A stretch of DNA of 64,000 nucleotides, from assembly GCA_902535505.1 (NCBI GenBank), contig CACATS010000002.1:4049-68048 (forward strand), written 5' to 3'. Source of the stretch: an uncultured Pelagibacteraceae bacterium (GTDB lineage Bacteria; Pseudomonadota; Alphaproteobacteria; Pelagibacterales; Pelagibacteraceae). Under the pieces are notes generated by a model. It did not search any database and was not told the origin of the DNA. It saw nothing but the letters and a program-made list of their open reading frames with translations. The stretch's first letter is position 1, and each line of letters begins with the position of its first letter. The translations under genes were made by a program, and so were the position numbers. This document shows positions 39,996 to 51,114 of the stretch, one piece after another.

Positions 39996-40953
39996 TTTTA
40001 AAACTATTTAAAAAATTTATGCTATTCAATAAACTAAAATAATTTGCTTTATTTTTACCAATTAAACTGATTGCTGTTCCATGATCAGGAGAGGCTCTAA
40101 AATATTTAAGACCTAAAGTAATATTAATGGCATTAAATTTAAATATGGTCTTAAATGGCGTAAGCACTTGATCGTGATACATTCCTACAATAACGTCATA
40201 ATTTTTCCAATTCATAAAAACAGTATCAGTGACAAGAGGTCCAAATGCGTTAATTTTAAGCTTTTTTAATTTTAATATTGCAGGATTAATTTTCTTTTTT
40301 TCTTCCGAATGCTTTCTTAGTTCACCGTTATGTGGATTTAATCCTAAAATTCCTATTTTCGGTTTTTTTCTAAAATTTTGTAAATACCATGAATTTATTT
40401 TAATTACTTTATTAACAATTAAAGTATTATTGATTTTTTTTGAGACATCTTTAACATCTATGTGAGTTGTAATAGGAGAAACAGCTAATTTTCTGTTGTA
40501 AATAAGCATAACTTCTGAATCTTTTCTAATTTTACATTTTTTTGCTAAAAATTCAGTAACTCCAATTTTCTTTTTTTTTAAAAGATTTTTATTTACAGGA
40601 CAATTTATAATACCTAATGAATTATTATTTAATGCTAATTTATGTGCATAATTTAGGCAATTAATTACAAATTTTGAAGAATTTTTTTTATTTACCTTAA
40701 ATGGATTTCTAAAAGCAACATCAACATTAAGAACTTTTAAACTGTTACCTTTAATTTTTTGATTAAAATCGTTAATCGCGACGACTTTTATGGGGTATTT
40801 TAACTTTTTAAATTGCTGAGATAAAAGATGGGCATTTGAAATAACAAAAATTCTTTTCTTCAAAGATTTCTTCAATTTTTTCCAAGATTTATAAATGATT
40901 TCAGAGTTGATACTGTTTGGGTCTCCGCTTACTAAGATAATTTTATTTTTCAT
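39982..40953 (-). CDS. pdxA: 4-hydroxythreonine-4-phosphate dehydrogenase
   Basis: GDP, TTHI, GLNPH, MYHDQ and SPDHGTA motifs. Confidence 0.92.
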   Translation of the reverse strand: MKNKIILVSGDPNSINSEIIYKSWKKLKKSLKKRIFVISNAHLLSQQFKKLKYPIKVVAINDFNQKIKGNSLKVLNVDVAFRNPFKVNKKNSSKFVINCLNYAHKLALNNNSLGIINCPVNKNLLKKKKIGVTEFLAKKCKIRKDSEVMLIYNRKLAVSPITTHIDVKDVSKKINNTLIVNKVIKINSWYLQNFRKKPKIGILGLNPHNGELRKHSEEKKKINPAILKLKKLKINAFGPLVTDTVFMNWKNYDVIVGMYHDQVLTPFKTIFKFNAINITLGLKYFRASPDHGTAISLIGKNKANYFSLLNSINFLNSFKNEVC

Positions 40954-41873
40954 TTATATTCAATAAATACTGAGTTCCTTAGTTTAGATAAGTGACTTTT
41001 AGAATAGAGATTAAACATTTCATTTTTTTTTTGATCAATTATTCTTTCCCTAAGTTCATTTATATTTATATTTTCTACTTTAGATGTTCTTAGATCAACT
41101 AGTTTCAGAAAAAGAATACTATTTTGTCTCTTAATTGGCTGCGAGATTTGACCACTTTTCAATTTTTTTAAAATTTTAAATATTTCTTTTGATAAAGATT
41201 TTGAGCTAATCCAACCCAAATTACCTTTATTTTTAGATGAGGATGAAATACTATACTTTAAAGCTGTTGTCTCAAAACCTTCGTCTTTAATCTTATTTTT
41301 TAAATCTAAAACTATCTGTTCAATATTACTATTTTCGTCAGTCATTATTTCAATTTCTGAAATGTTATACTCTTGAAAGCTCTTTTCATTTTCAACAATC
41401 TTTTTTAGGTCATCATTTACAGAATTTTCATTTATTTCAATTTTTCCTTTATAAAAATTATAAATAAAATTTTGCCATTTAGTTTGAATTTCTATTTCTT
41501 CTAAAAAAAGATTATAATCTAAATTATTGGTCTTAAATTTCTTTTCTAAAGCCAAAATGTCATTCCCAGATATCAAATTTAAATATGAATTTATCTGACT
41601 ACTATTTCTCTCAATTTTAAATTTTTTAAGTTCAATAATTTTTAATTTATTTTCAATAAGTGACTCAAGTGCTCGTTTTTTTAAATTGTTTATATTTTCC
41701 TGTGATATTTGATCTCCTGCCAAAACTAAAGAAGTAAGTATTTTGTTTTTTACTTCATAATTTGTAATTATTTCATTTTCTACTTTTAAAACAATTTTAT
41801 TTGTGATTGCATTTGCTTGGACTAATAAAAAAATAAAATAAAAAAATATAATTTTATAGATTTTTATTTTCAT
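40950..41873 (-). CDS. surA: SurA-like periplasmic chaperone/PPIase
   Basis: VENEIITNYE; parvulin-like KGNLGW..GQISQPI; position between lptD and pdxA. Confidence 0.8.
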   Translation of the reverse strand: MKIKIYKIIFFYFIFLLVQANAITNKIVLKVENEIITNYEVKNKILTSLVLAGDQISQENINNLKKRALESLIENKLKIIELKKFKIERNSSQINSYLNLISGNDILALEKKFKTNNLDYNLFLEEIEIQTKWQNFIYNFYKGKIEINENSVNDDLKKIVENEKSFQEYNISEIEIMTDENSNIEQIVLDLKNKIKDEGFETTALKYSISSSSKNKGNLGWISSKSLSKEIFKILKKLKSGQISQPIKRQNSILFLKLVDLRTSKVENININELRERIIDQKKNEMFNLYSKSHLSKLRNSVFIEYK

Positions 41874-44266
41874 TTATCAAAAGTTGGTGAGTTTATACTC
41901 CCAAAAGGTGTAAGAGTAATTTTGAACATAAGTGAATTTTCAGGTTCTAGTTCTGAGTCGTTATAAAACTCTCTCCTATAAACCAATCCAGCTCTTAAAC
42001 AATCATTTATATATTCGTAGCTCAAATTATAAAATTCAGATGAGTCTGTAATTAAATTCCTTTTTGTTTCAAAAGAAAACATTCCTTGATCTTTATTTTT
42101 TACATTTATTTTAGTATTGAAATAATCTTGGTTTCCAATATGTTTCTTTTCTTGCAAATAATTAAAATCAAAGTCAATTGGACCAAAATTCATAATAGTC
42201 CCGAATTCATTAAAATTTAATTCTCGATAATTTTGATCCAAAGCGAATTCATAATTAAGACTAAAATTATTACTTAGCTTTATATTTGCAGACCCTACAA
42301 GATCTGAAGTTTTTTCATTAAGACTTGATTTATCAGGCATCTTATTATTTTCTGCTTCTTTAATAACTTGCGCCAAAGAAAAATCAAATTCCTTATCATT
42401 TGAAGTAGTTTTATAATCAAATCCTAAAGTTCCACTCAGACCAGTTTCAAAATTATTTATACTATTAAGTCTGTTTAAATCAAAAGCTGAACTGGGTGTT
42501 AATCTTGATCCAGAGTTTTCATTTCTCATGCTACCTGGTGCGTATCTTAAAAGTAATTTTGGTGTGAGTAAATGTTCTACATTTCCCGCTTTTTTTTGCA
42601 TCATTATTTTTGAAAAAAAACCTAAAGCTCCAAATAATTCACTTGTAGTGTCTTCTTTATACTCATCAACATTTTTAACTTCATAATTAATGTTTCTCAA
42701 ATTACCTAAAATTTTTGTATTTAAACCATTTTCTAAAAAAATGTCTTTTGACGACCAATCAAAATTGTTTACAACAAAATTTTTAAGCTTATTTGTATCA
42801 TACAAATGAGTAGAAATATTTGTTTGTAAATCTAAATTTCCAAATTTGTCATTATTAAATAAATTTTTGTCGAAAGTAATTTCGGGCAAAATATATTCAT
42901 ACTTATCCTCGTAACTTTCTTTTAGAGTTTCAAACACACTTGCATTTAGACCAAAAAATAAATCATTTTTTTCGTGAGTAAAATTTATATGACTTTCTAA
43001 AGTATCTTTATTATAATCTACTAGATTAGATTTAATTTTGTATAATTTGAGATATTTATCATTTGATACATCTTGAATTGATAAACTTAAGGTATTCTTT
43101 GAGCCGTCATCTCCTGAGAAGTTTTTAACAAATTTTGAGAAGAAATGAGACTTTTCACCAGTTTTTTTTGTAGAGCTTGTTTTTTTGTAACCTTCAGTGT
43201 AACCAAAGTCAGCAAGAAAATTTGAATTCATGAAAGCTTGATGATATTCACCAAGTAATAATGGATTTTCATCTACAAAAATCTTACTTGTAAAAGTAAA
43301 ATTTTTATCTTTACCCAAATCAAAAAAATAGGGTAAAGATATTCTTGTTCCTAAATTTTTTGAGTCAGTAATTGTAGGTGGTAAAAAACCAGATCTTCTT
43401 TCTACTGTTGGATCAGGATGTGAAAGTTTTGGAGTATAAAAAATTGGTATATCATAAATTTTAATTAATGCGTTATCATAATAAATAGTCTTTTTTATAT
43501 TATCATGCAGCATCTTAGATGCTTGTATTGTCCAAGGAGGACATTTGTCATTTTCCCTATAATCACAAATAGTAAAAATACTTTTATTAAATATACTTTT
43601 TTTAGCAGAAAGTCTTATGGCATTCGCAAATACGCGTGGTTTATTCTTAGGATTAACTTTGACACTCTCTTCGTTTAAGAATGCTTGAATATCTGTACCC
43701 AAAATCTCTTTTTTTTTCGTATCAATATAAATTTGTGAAAATTCATAACTATTCTTTAGTTTATCTAAAATTTTTACTGAACCAACAGAATTAAATATAT
43801 TATTTTTTACCTGATAATTAAAGTTTTGTAATTCAATATTATTTCCCTCTGGGTCATTTATAGATGTAACCTCATTAGAACTAATAGTTTTTCTCTTATT
43901 ATCAATGATTATATCTTTACCCTTAACAATATATTTTTCTGAAGTAATAATATTGGTGGGACCAAAAGTTTTAAAAATTTCTTTGTTTTCATTGAACTCT
44001 GCATTTTCAGCAGTAATTATATTATTATCATTATCTTCGGCTATAATATTATTTTTTAAAATTAGTAATCCGATCTTCTTGTTATATTTTAAGTACTGAC
44101 TTTTTATAATCTTATTTTTAGTTTTAATTACAACATCGTTTTCAAATACTGTAGTAACTTTATCTTTATCTAATGTAATATTTTTTGCTTGAATCTGAAT
44201 ATTCTCAGCAAATGCATTTGAAAAAAATAAAAAAGTGAATAAATAGATAAAATTTTTACTTTTCAT
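41870..44266 (-). CDS. lptD: LPS assembly protein LptD
   Basis: FTIC...CPPW, RRSGFLPP and YEYINDC motifs; beta-barrel character. Confidence 0.88.
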   Translation of the reverse strand: MKSKNFIYLFTFLFFSNAFAENIQIQAKNITLDKDKVTTVFENDVVIKTKNKIIKSQYLKYNKKIGLLILKNNIIAEDNDNNIITAENAEFNENKEIFKTFGPTNIITSEKYIVKGKDIIIDNKRKTISSNEVTSINDPEGNNIELQNFNYQVKNNIFNSVGSVKILDKLKNSYEFSQIYIDTKKKEILGTDIQAFLNEESVKVNPKNKPRVFANAIRLSAKKSIFNKSIFTICDYRENDKCPPWTIQASKMLHDNIKKTIYYDNALIKIYDIPIFYTPKLSHPDPTVERRSGFLPPTITDSKNLGTRISLPYFFDLGKDKNFTFTSKIFVDENPLLLGEYHQAFMNSNFLADFGYTEGYKKTSSTKKTGEKSHFFSKFVKNFSGDDGSKNTLSLSIQDVSNDKYLKLYKIKSNLVDYNKDTLESHINFTHEKNDLFFGLNASVFETLKESYEDKYEYILPEITFDKNLFNNDKFGNLDLQTNISTHLYDTNKLKNFVVNNFDWSSKDIFLENGLNTKILGNLRNINYEVKNVDEYKEDTTSELFGALGFFSKIMMQKKAGNVEHLLTPKLLLRYAPGSMRNENSGSRLTPSSAFDLNRLNSINNFETGLSGTLGFDYKTTSNDKEFDFSLAQVIKEAENNKMPDKSSLNEKTSDLVGSANIKLSNNFSLNYEFALDQNYRELNFNEFGTIMNFGPIDFDFNYLQEKKHIGNQDYFNTKINVKNKDQGMFSFETKRNLITDSSEFYNLSYEYINDCLRAGLVYRREFYNDSELEPENSLMFKITLTPFGSINSPTFDK

Positions 44267-45344
44267 TTATTTGCAAAACCCCAATGAATGTAAATAAACT
44301 CAATGCAATAATAGGAGCCCAAATTGATAAGGCTAAAGGAATTCTATCTGTTTGACCTAAAGCAATTGATAGATCTTTAAAATAATAAACCAGGACACTT
44401 ATAATTAGGCCTAAAACTATAAACCGCAAATTGTCAGATTTTTTCAATGTGTTCATAGTTAATATTGATGCAATAGCTGTCATTAAAAATAGAAAGAATG
44501 GTAAAGTAAGCATAGTGTGTAAGCTTTGTTTCAAAAACCTTTCATTATACCCATTATTTAAAAGATTTCTGTAATCTATTACTAACTCTATAAAAGACAT
44601 TGTATCAGAATTATTAAATAAGCTTGTTATTTTTTCGTAATTATATATTGACTCGATATTTAATGTGTTTTCAATTGATTTTTTAAAAACTCCATTATCT
44701 AATTCAAAGGTAATTACATTTTTAAGGTTCCAGTCGTTTGTATCAATATCTACTTCTTTTGCAAAAATTTTCTCATATAGATTATATTTGTTATCAAAAT
44801 GGAAAATAGTAACATCAATAAGTTTGAATTTTTCAGTTTTTCTTGCAGTAATCACTCGGTCACCTTCTTTTAAACTTTCCTTAATCCATAAACCATTATT
44901 ATTGAATGTTACTAAATGATCAATATCTCGGGCATATTGAGATTTTGTTTTTTCATAATATTTTACCATTGAAGATGTAATTGGATTTGCAAAAACTAGC
45001 ACAAACCACCCTAAAATAAATGATGTTAATGCAAGTATAAAAAAGATTTTTATATTAGAATAGCCATAAACTTTTAAGGCAAGAAGGTCCTTGTTATTTC
45101 TGATTTTAATCATAAACCACATGCTTGATACGAATATCACGAAAGGTAAAAACTTTAAGACCATACTAGGCACAAAAATACTTGTTAGCATCAACGGTGT
45201 TAAAAAACTTACATCATTATTCTTGAAAAATTCTACCTCCTCAAACAAATTTAAAATCATTCCAAAACTGTAAGTAATTAATACGCATAGAAGAAATGTC
45301 TTTAAAAAATTTTTAAGCAGATAATTAAATATTAGATTACTCAT
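44256..45344 (-). CDS. lptG: LPS export permease LptG
   Basis: LptF/G topology; LWIKE and AWxP-like SIWAP; second gene of the pair. Confidence 0.8.
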   Translation of the reverse strand: MSNLIFNYLLKNFLKTFLLCVLITYSFGMILNLFEEVEFFKNNDVSFLTPLMLTSIFVPSMVLKFLPFVIFVSSMWFMIKIRNNKDLLALKVYGYSNIKIFFILALTSFILGWFVLVFANPITSSMVKYYEKTKSQYARDIDHLVTFNNNGLWIKESLKEGDRVITARKTEKFKLIDVTIFHFDNKYNLYEKIFAKEVDIDTNDWNLKNVITFELDNGVFKKSIENTLNIESIYNYEKITSLFNNSDTMSFIELVIDYRNLLNNGYNERFLKQSLHTMLTLPFFLFLMTAIASILTMNTLKKSDNLRFIVLGLIISVLVYYFKDLSIALGQTDRIPLALSIWAPIIALSLFTFIGVLQINEK

Positions 45345-46465
45345 AGAATTTGTGATTCTTTTGAAAATTTATAATTTAAAAACAAATAAAAAAATAGACC
45401 CAAACAAAAAGGCATTATCAAATACGATACTCTTAATAGAAAATTTAAACCTGTATATCTTATCAATAATTCAGTTAATAAAAGTACTAGAAAACCGTAT
45501 ATAAAAATTGATATTTTATTTGAATAGATCCTTCGATTCTTCAGTAATAAAAACGAACAAATTAAAGTAATAACTGGAATATAAAAAGGTAGCACAACTC
45601 TTCTTATAAGAATAGGAAAAATTTCTTTATTTATATCGTCTTTACAAATTTTTGGACTATTCCCTTTAGAAAGCAAACAAGAGAAAAGTTTTAAGGTTGA
45701 AGTTTCTTGTAACTTCGGCTGTTTAATTGTTGTTGTTACTAAATCACTTAAGTCAATATTTAATTGCTCAAATTTAAGTATTTCTGTTTCTTCATTAGAG
45801 CTGTTTGATGAAATAATTTGTCCGTTAAAAAGAAACATTTTTCTTTCTTTTACTATTCCTTTTTCGGCAACAATTGTTGTATTTGAATCATTTGAAATAT
45901 TTGGAGATAAATTTTTAAGATTTTTTCCGGTATCATGTAAGAATATATTTTTGATCTCATCATTAATTTTTTTTTCTACAATAAATGTGAAACCTTTAAA
46001 AGAGTCACTGAACTGTTGAGTTCTTATAGTAGGTAAAAAGGAATTCAATTGATCTTTACTTAATAATTGTCGTGATTTATTTAAAGCGATTGGAGTTAAA
46101 AAAGCAGATAGAATTATGTAAAAAAGTAATACTGTTATTGAGGTAAAAAATAATAAATTAACTAGTTGTATTTTTTTAATTCCTGATGTCCATAATATGA
46201 CAAATTCACTGTCCTCTATATGTTTTAAAATAAAAATCACCAAAGTTAGTAAAAAAGCCAAAGGTATAAATTTGGGAGCTATTCCAAAAAGGTTGAGAAA
46301 TGAGTATTTGAAGTAGGTAGATACTGGATAACCACTATCAACAATTAAATCTAAAAAATTTACTGCTCTTACAGTTAATGCGATGATAGATAAGCCAAAA
46401 ACAATGACTAAGAACGTCTGTATAATTTCTATAAAAAAATTTTGATAAATTTTGTTTTGAAGCAT
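45341..46465 (-). CDS. lptF: LPS export permease LptF
   Basis: DSEFVILWTSG motif; divergent from pepA; start probably ATG 46465. Confidence 0.8.
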   Translation of the reverse strand: MLQNKIYQNFFIEIIQTFLVIVFGLSIIALTVRAVNFLDLIVDSGYPVSTYFKYSFLNLFGIAPKFIPLAFLLTLVIFILKHIEDSEFVILWTSGIKKIQLVNLLFFTSITVLLFYIILSAFLTPIALNKSRQLLSKDQLNSFLPTIRTQQFSDSFKGFTFIVEKKINDEIKNIFLHDTGKNLKNLSPNISNDSNTTIVAEKGIVKERKMFLFNGQIISSNSSNEETEILKFEQLNIDLSDLVTTTIKQPKLQETSTLKLFSCLLSKGNSPKICKDDINKEIFPILIRRVVLPFYIPVITLICSFLLLKNRRIYSNKISIFIYGFLVLLLTELLIRYTGLNFLLRVSYLIMPFCLGLFFYLFLNYKFSKESQIL

Positions 46466-46596
46466 ATGAAATATTGTATATAAATAATGCATCCATAACT
46501 TAAATTCAACTAATGGTTTAACTATGACTAAATTTCCATTGAAAACTTGTATATTTGGACTTATATCACTGACACAAATAGGTTTTATTAAAAATT

Positions 46597-48057
46597 ATGC
46601 CAGTAAAAATTAATTACCTTAAAACAAAAAACACTAAATCAATATTACAAAACATAGTTTTGTTTTCAAAAGAAAAATTTAAGATAAATGATTTAAAAAA
46701 TCACCTATCTAAATCCGAGTTTGCTTACATAGAAGATTTAATTAAAAGTATTGATTTAAAAAAAAATATATTCATATTTGAATTATCTTCTAAAAGAAAA
46801 ATTGTTTTAATATCCGTTAAAAATAGCCTGAAAACCTCTGAAGTAGAAAACCTTGGAGCAGAATTTTATGGTCGTATTAATAAAGAGAAAAATAACGAAT
46901 ACTTTTTAATTTCAGATAGTTTAAATAATAAACAAAATAATTTTTTAGGTCACTTTTTGCATGGACTTAAATTAAAGTCTTATTGTTTTAAAAAATATAA
47001 GACAAAAAATGATGATAAAATAATTTCAATAAATATCGTTGGAAATAAAAATAAGCCCTCAGTTCAAAACCAACTTAAGTTTAAGGCTTTAGAGCAAGGA
47101 ACTTTTTACGCTAGAGATCTGGTTTCTGAACCAGGAAATGTTTTACATCCAGACGAATACGCTAAAAGAATAAGCTCTTTAAAAAAAGAAGGTTTAAAAA
47201 TAAATATTTATGATGAAAAAAAATTAAAAAAATTAGGTATGCATGCTCTTCTTGGTGTCGGCCAAGGAAGTATAAGGGGTTCATATCTTGTAACTATGGA
47301 ATGGAACGGAGCAAAAAATAATTCTAAACCTTTAGCATTTGTTGGAAAAGGAGTATGTTTTGATACTGGAGGTTACTCACTTAAACCAGCAAGGTTTATG
47401 GAAGACATGACTTATGATATGGCTGGCTCAGCAACAGTAGTAGGCTTAATGAAAAACTTGGCTCTTAGAAAAGCTAAAATAAATGCCGTAGGCGTCGTCG
47501 GTCTTGTGGAAAATATGGTAAGTGGAAACGCACAACGTCCTGGAGATATTGTTAAATCTTATAGCGGAAAAACAATTGAAATATTGAATACAGATGCAGA
47601 GGGTAGATTAGTTTTGGCTGATGCTTTAACTTTTACCGAAAAGAAGTTTAAACCAAAATTAATTGTGGATCTAGCCACTCTTACAGGCGCTATAATTGTA
47701 TGCTTGGGCTCAGAGTATGCTGGTCTTTTTTCCAATGATGATAAACTATCCGATCAGCTTTTTGAAGCAGGTGAAAAGGTAGATGAAAAGGTTTGGAGAA
47801 TGCCTTTGCATAAGAATTACGATAAACTAATGAATTCAAAAAATGCAGATGTGCAAAATATAAACTATGTTGGCGGAGCTGGTTCTACTACCGCTGCTCA
47901 GTTTTTACAAAGATTTATTTTGAACAAAACACCTTGGGCACATTTGGATATAGCGGGGATGGCATTTTCAAAATACGGAGGAGCTTTAAATTCTGGAGGC
48001 GCAACAGGTTTTGGAGTGAGGTTGCTAAATCAATTCTTAGAAGATAATTATGAGTAG
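46597..48057 (+). CDS. pepA: leucyl aminopeptidase
   Basis: VGKGVCFDTGG, NTDAEGRL, ATLTGA and WAHLDIAG motifs. Confidence 0.95.
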   Translation: MPVKINYLKTKNTKSILQNIVLFSKEKFKINDLKNHLSKSEFAYIEDLIKSIDLKKNIFIFELSSKRKIVLISVKNSLKTSEVENLGAEFYGRINKEKNNEYFLISDSLNNKQNNFLGHFLHGLKLKSYCFKKYKTKNDDKIISINIVGNKNKPSVQNQLKFKALEQGTFYARDLVSEPGNVLHPDEYAKRISSLKKEGLKINIYDEKKLKKLGMHALLGVGQGSIRGSYLVTMEWNGAKNNSKPLAFVGKGVCFDTGGYSLKPARFMEDMTYDMAGSATVVGLMKNLALRKAKINAVGVVGLVENMVSGNAQRPGDIVKSYSGKTIEILNTDAEGRLVLADALTFTEKKFKPKLIVDLATLTGAIIVCLGSEYAGLFSNDDKLSDQLFEAGEKVDEKVWRMPLHKNYDKLMNSKNADVQNINYVGGAGSTTAAQFLQRFILNKTPWAHLDIAGMAFSKYGGALNSGGATGFGVRLLNQFLEDNYE

Positions 48058-48460
48058 CAGTGAGCAAACACTATCTATTATAAAACCTGACGCTGTTGAA
48101 AGAAATTTAGTTGAAGAAATAAAAAATATTTTCAAAAAAAATAATTTAATTATTAAAGAAAGTAAGAAAATTCAAATAACAAAAGAAGAAGCAGCAGACT
48201 TTTACAGAGTTCACCAGTCTAAGCCATTTTATGATGAATTATGCTCTTACTTGTCATCAGGACCAATCGTAGTTATGATCTTACAAGGGGAAAATGCAGT
48301 AATACAGAATAGAGAGCTTATGGGAGCCACAAACCCTAAAGATGCTAAAGAAAATACTATTAGAAAGTTATACGGAATATCTATAGATAAAAACTCTGTA
48401 CATGGCTCGGACTCAAATGAGAATGCAAAAAAGGAGATAGAATTTTTTTTTAAAAATTAG
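48050..48460 (+). CDS. ndk: nucleoside diphosphate kinase
   Basis: IIKPDA, MGATNP and NSVHGSDS motifs. Confidence 0.97.
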   Translation: MSSSEQTLSIIKPDAVERNLVEEIKNIFKKNNLIIKESKKIQITKEEAADFYRVHQSKPFYDELCSYLSSGPIVVMILQGENAVIQNRELMGATNPKDAKENTIRKLYGISIDKNSVHGSDSNENAKKEIEFFFKN

Positions 48461-49020
48461 TTTTTTCGAAAAATCTTGATAATAGATTCAGGGAAGGCTA
48501 AATATTCCAACTTTTGAGTTTTATTTTTCAAAATTTCTTCATTGTCTGTTGAATCGATATAAAAACTCCTCTGAGAAATAATTTTCCCATTATCTAATTT
48601 TTCATCAACATAATGAACTGTACAACCTGTTTTTTTTTCTTTATTTTTTAATACTTTATAGAAGGTATTTAAACCTTTGAATTTCGGTAAAAGAGAGGGA
48701 TGGATATTAATAACTTTTTTTCCATAATCTCGTAAAAATTTTTTTGATAATATTTTCATATATCCAGCTAAACAAATCAGAGAGATTTTATATTTTTTAA
48801 GATATTCGAGTAATTTATTTTCGTAGTTTCTAGATTTTGTATTAATAAGCAAAAAGGGTATCGAATTTTTTTTAGCATACAATATCCCCAATGCTTTTCT
48901 TTTATCACTTACTACTAATTTTACTGAAATAGGAAAATTATAATCTCTAGACCTACCTATTAAATTTTTAAGATTTGAACCTTTCCCAGAGATAAAAATA
49001 CAAGCATTTTTTTTTACCAT
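48457..49020 (-). CDS. purN: phosphoribosylglycinamide formyltransferase
   Basis: SGKGSN, LAGYM, NIHPSLLP and GCTVHYV motifs. Confidence 0.95.
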   Translation of the reverse strand: MVKKNACIFISGKGSNLKNLIGRSRDYNFPISVKLVVSDKRKALGILYAKKNSIPFLLINTKSRNYENKLLEYLKKYKISLICLAGYMKILSKKFLRDYGKKVINIHPSLLPKFKGLNTFYKVLKNKEKKTGCTVHYVDEKLDNGKIISQRSFYIDSTDNEEILKNKTQKLEYLAFPESIIKIFRKN

Positions 49021-50042
49021 ATTAAATTTTTAAAAAGATTAACTTTTTTTTTATCTTTTGAAATATATCCAATCTCATATGGAATATAATTTTTAGAAAA
49101 TTTTTTTTTGATTTTCTTTATATTTTTTTCTGGTGCAATAATACAAAATCCTATTCCACAATTAAATGTTCTTAACATTTCAGAGTCTGAAATATTTTCC
49201 TTTTTAAGCAATTTAAAAATCTTACCGATTTTGATTTTTGATAAATCAATATTTAAATTTAAATTTTCTGGTATCGATCTGAGCAAATTTTCAACAAGCC
49301 CACCACCGGTTATATGAGCTGCAGATGAGATAAGATTTTTTTTAGTTAAATTTAAAATTTCTTCTGAATAAATTTTTGTAGGTTTTAATAATTCATTTTT
49401 CATATTTTTATTAATTTTTTTTTTTCCTATAATTTTTCTTACTAAAGAATATCCATTCGAATGTATGCCATTTGATGGAATGGCTAATATTATATCTTTA
49501 TTTTTAACATTCTTTTTGGTTAAAATTTTTTTTTTTGAAACTATCCCTACGCTAAATCCTGCTAAATCAAATTTATCTTTTGAATAAACACCAGGCATCT
49601 CAGCTGTTTCTCCACCAATCAATTTACATTTTGAAATTTTACAACCTCGAAAAATACCTTTTAAAATTTCCTTTGCTTTGTTTATTTCGAGTTTGCCAAC
49701 TGCAATATAATCTAGAAAAAAAAGTGGTTTGGCTCCTTGTACTACTAAATCATTAACACACATTGCAACTAGATCTATTCCAATTGTGTCGTATTTTTTA
49801 AATTTATTAGCTAATTCAATCTTAGTTCCTACTCCGTCAGTACATGAAACTATTACAGGGTCTTTGATTTTTATTTTGCTTATATCGAAATATGATCCAA
49901 ATCCTCCAATAAGATCTTCATCTAAAAAATTGTCCCTTTTTTTGACATTTTTTTTTGATATCTTTGATATGTGTTTTACCAATCTATTAGCTAATGAAAT
50001 ATTTACACCACTTTTTTTGTAACTATTTTGTATTTTTTTCAT
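49014..50042 (-). CDS. purM: phosphoribosylformylglycinamidine cyclo-ligase
   Basis: TDGVGTK, GGETAEMPG, HSNGYS and HITGGG motifs. Confidence 0.96.
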   Translation of the reverse strand: MKKIQNSYKKSGVNISLANRLVKHISKISKKNVKKRDNFLDEDLIGGFGSYFDISKIKIKDPVIVSCTDGVGTKIELANKFKKYDTIGIDLVAMCVNDLVVQGAKPLFFLDYIAVGKLEINKAKEILKGIFRGCKISKCKLIGGETAEMPGVYSKDKFDLAGFSVGIVSKKKILTKKNVKNKDIILAIPSNGIHSNGYSLVRKIIGKKKINKNMKNELLKPTKIYSEEILNLTKKNLISSAAHITGGGLVENLLRSIPENLNLNIDLSKIKIGKIFKLLKKENISDSEMLRTFNCGIGFCIIAPEKNIKKIKKKFSKNYIPYEIGYISKDKKKVNLFKNLIW

Positions 50043-50067
50043 CAATAATAATGATATTTAAACTTAA

Positions 50068-51114
50068 ATGGGTTTTTATAAAATTATAATCATTATCTTA
50101 GTTATTTTTCTTAAAACTGGAAATGTTTTATCATTAGAAAATATTTTTAATGTTAATAATATTGAAATAACAAAAAAAACTAATAATTCGAATGAAGATT
50201 TGGCAAATAAAGCAATTAAAAAGGGGTATGGAAAACTTTTAGAAAAGATACTTTTAAAAAAGGATATCGAAAACTTATCTGGTTTGGAATTTCCTAAAAT
50301 AAAACAGCTAGTTTCATATTATCAGATTGTTGACGAGGCTCAAAGCAATTTCAAAAACAAAGTTAACTTTAATATTTTTTTTGATAAAGATAAATTACAT
50401 ACATTATTTTCAAATAAAAATATTTCTTACTCAGATATATCGGATAAAGAATTATACTTATTACCTGTAATTCAAAAAAAAAATCAAATTTTTATATATA
50501 ACAAAAATTATTATTACGATAATTGGAATAAAATATATCAATCTGAACTTATAGAATTTGTTTTACCAATTGAAAATATCGAAGTAATTCAGAATATAAG
50601 CACTAATAAAGAAAATTTATATGGAATTGATCTTAAAAATTTATTTAAGGAATATGAAAATAAAAATTTGGCTTTAGTTCTGATTGAAGACACTAGCTCA
50701 AATGAAGAAAAAATTTTTATAAGAACAAGAATTTTAAATAAAAAAATTGATAAAACAATTAAAGTTAAAAAAGATGATAAAAATACAGAAAAATTTAGTG
50801 AGGAAATTATAAAAGTAATTAGTGATGAATTAATTAATATTATCAAGTCTCAAAATTTAATAGATATACGAACCCCTTCTTTTTTGAATGCAAGATTAAT
50901 AAATAATAAAAAAAATAATTTGGTAGAATTGAATAATAGGCTAAGAAATATTGATACAGTTGATGGAATATTTATTCAAGAATTTAATAATAAATATGTA
51001 TTATTAAAGTTAAGATATTTAGGAAAATTAGATAAGATTATTAGTCAACTCAAAAAACAAAATATTATGTTACAATTAATTGGCGATCAATGGAATTTAA
51101 TAATTAAACAATGA
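50068..51114 (+). CDS. exported hypothetical protein (DUF2066-like position between purM and hda)
   Basis: Signal peptide; 348-aa ORF; family guess rests on synteny only. Confidence 0.5.
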   Translation: MGFYKIIIIILVIFLKTGNVLSLENIFNVNNIEITKKTNNSNEDLANKAIKKGYGKLLEKILLKKDIENLSGLEFPKIKQLVSYYQIVDEAQSNFKNKVNFNIFFDKDKLHTLFSNKNISYSDISDKELYLLPVIQKKNQIFIYNKNYYYDNWNKIYQSELIEFVLPIENIEVIQNISTNKENLYGIDLKNLFKEYENKNLALVLIEDTSSNEEKIFIRTRILNKKIDKTIKVKKDDKNTEKFSEEIIKVISDELINIIKSQNLIDIRTPSFLNARLINNKKNNLVELNNRLRNIDTVDGIFIQEFNNKYVLLKLRYLGKLDKIISQLKKQNIMLQLIGDQWNLIIKQ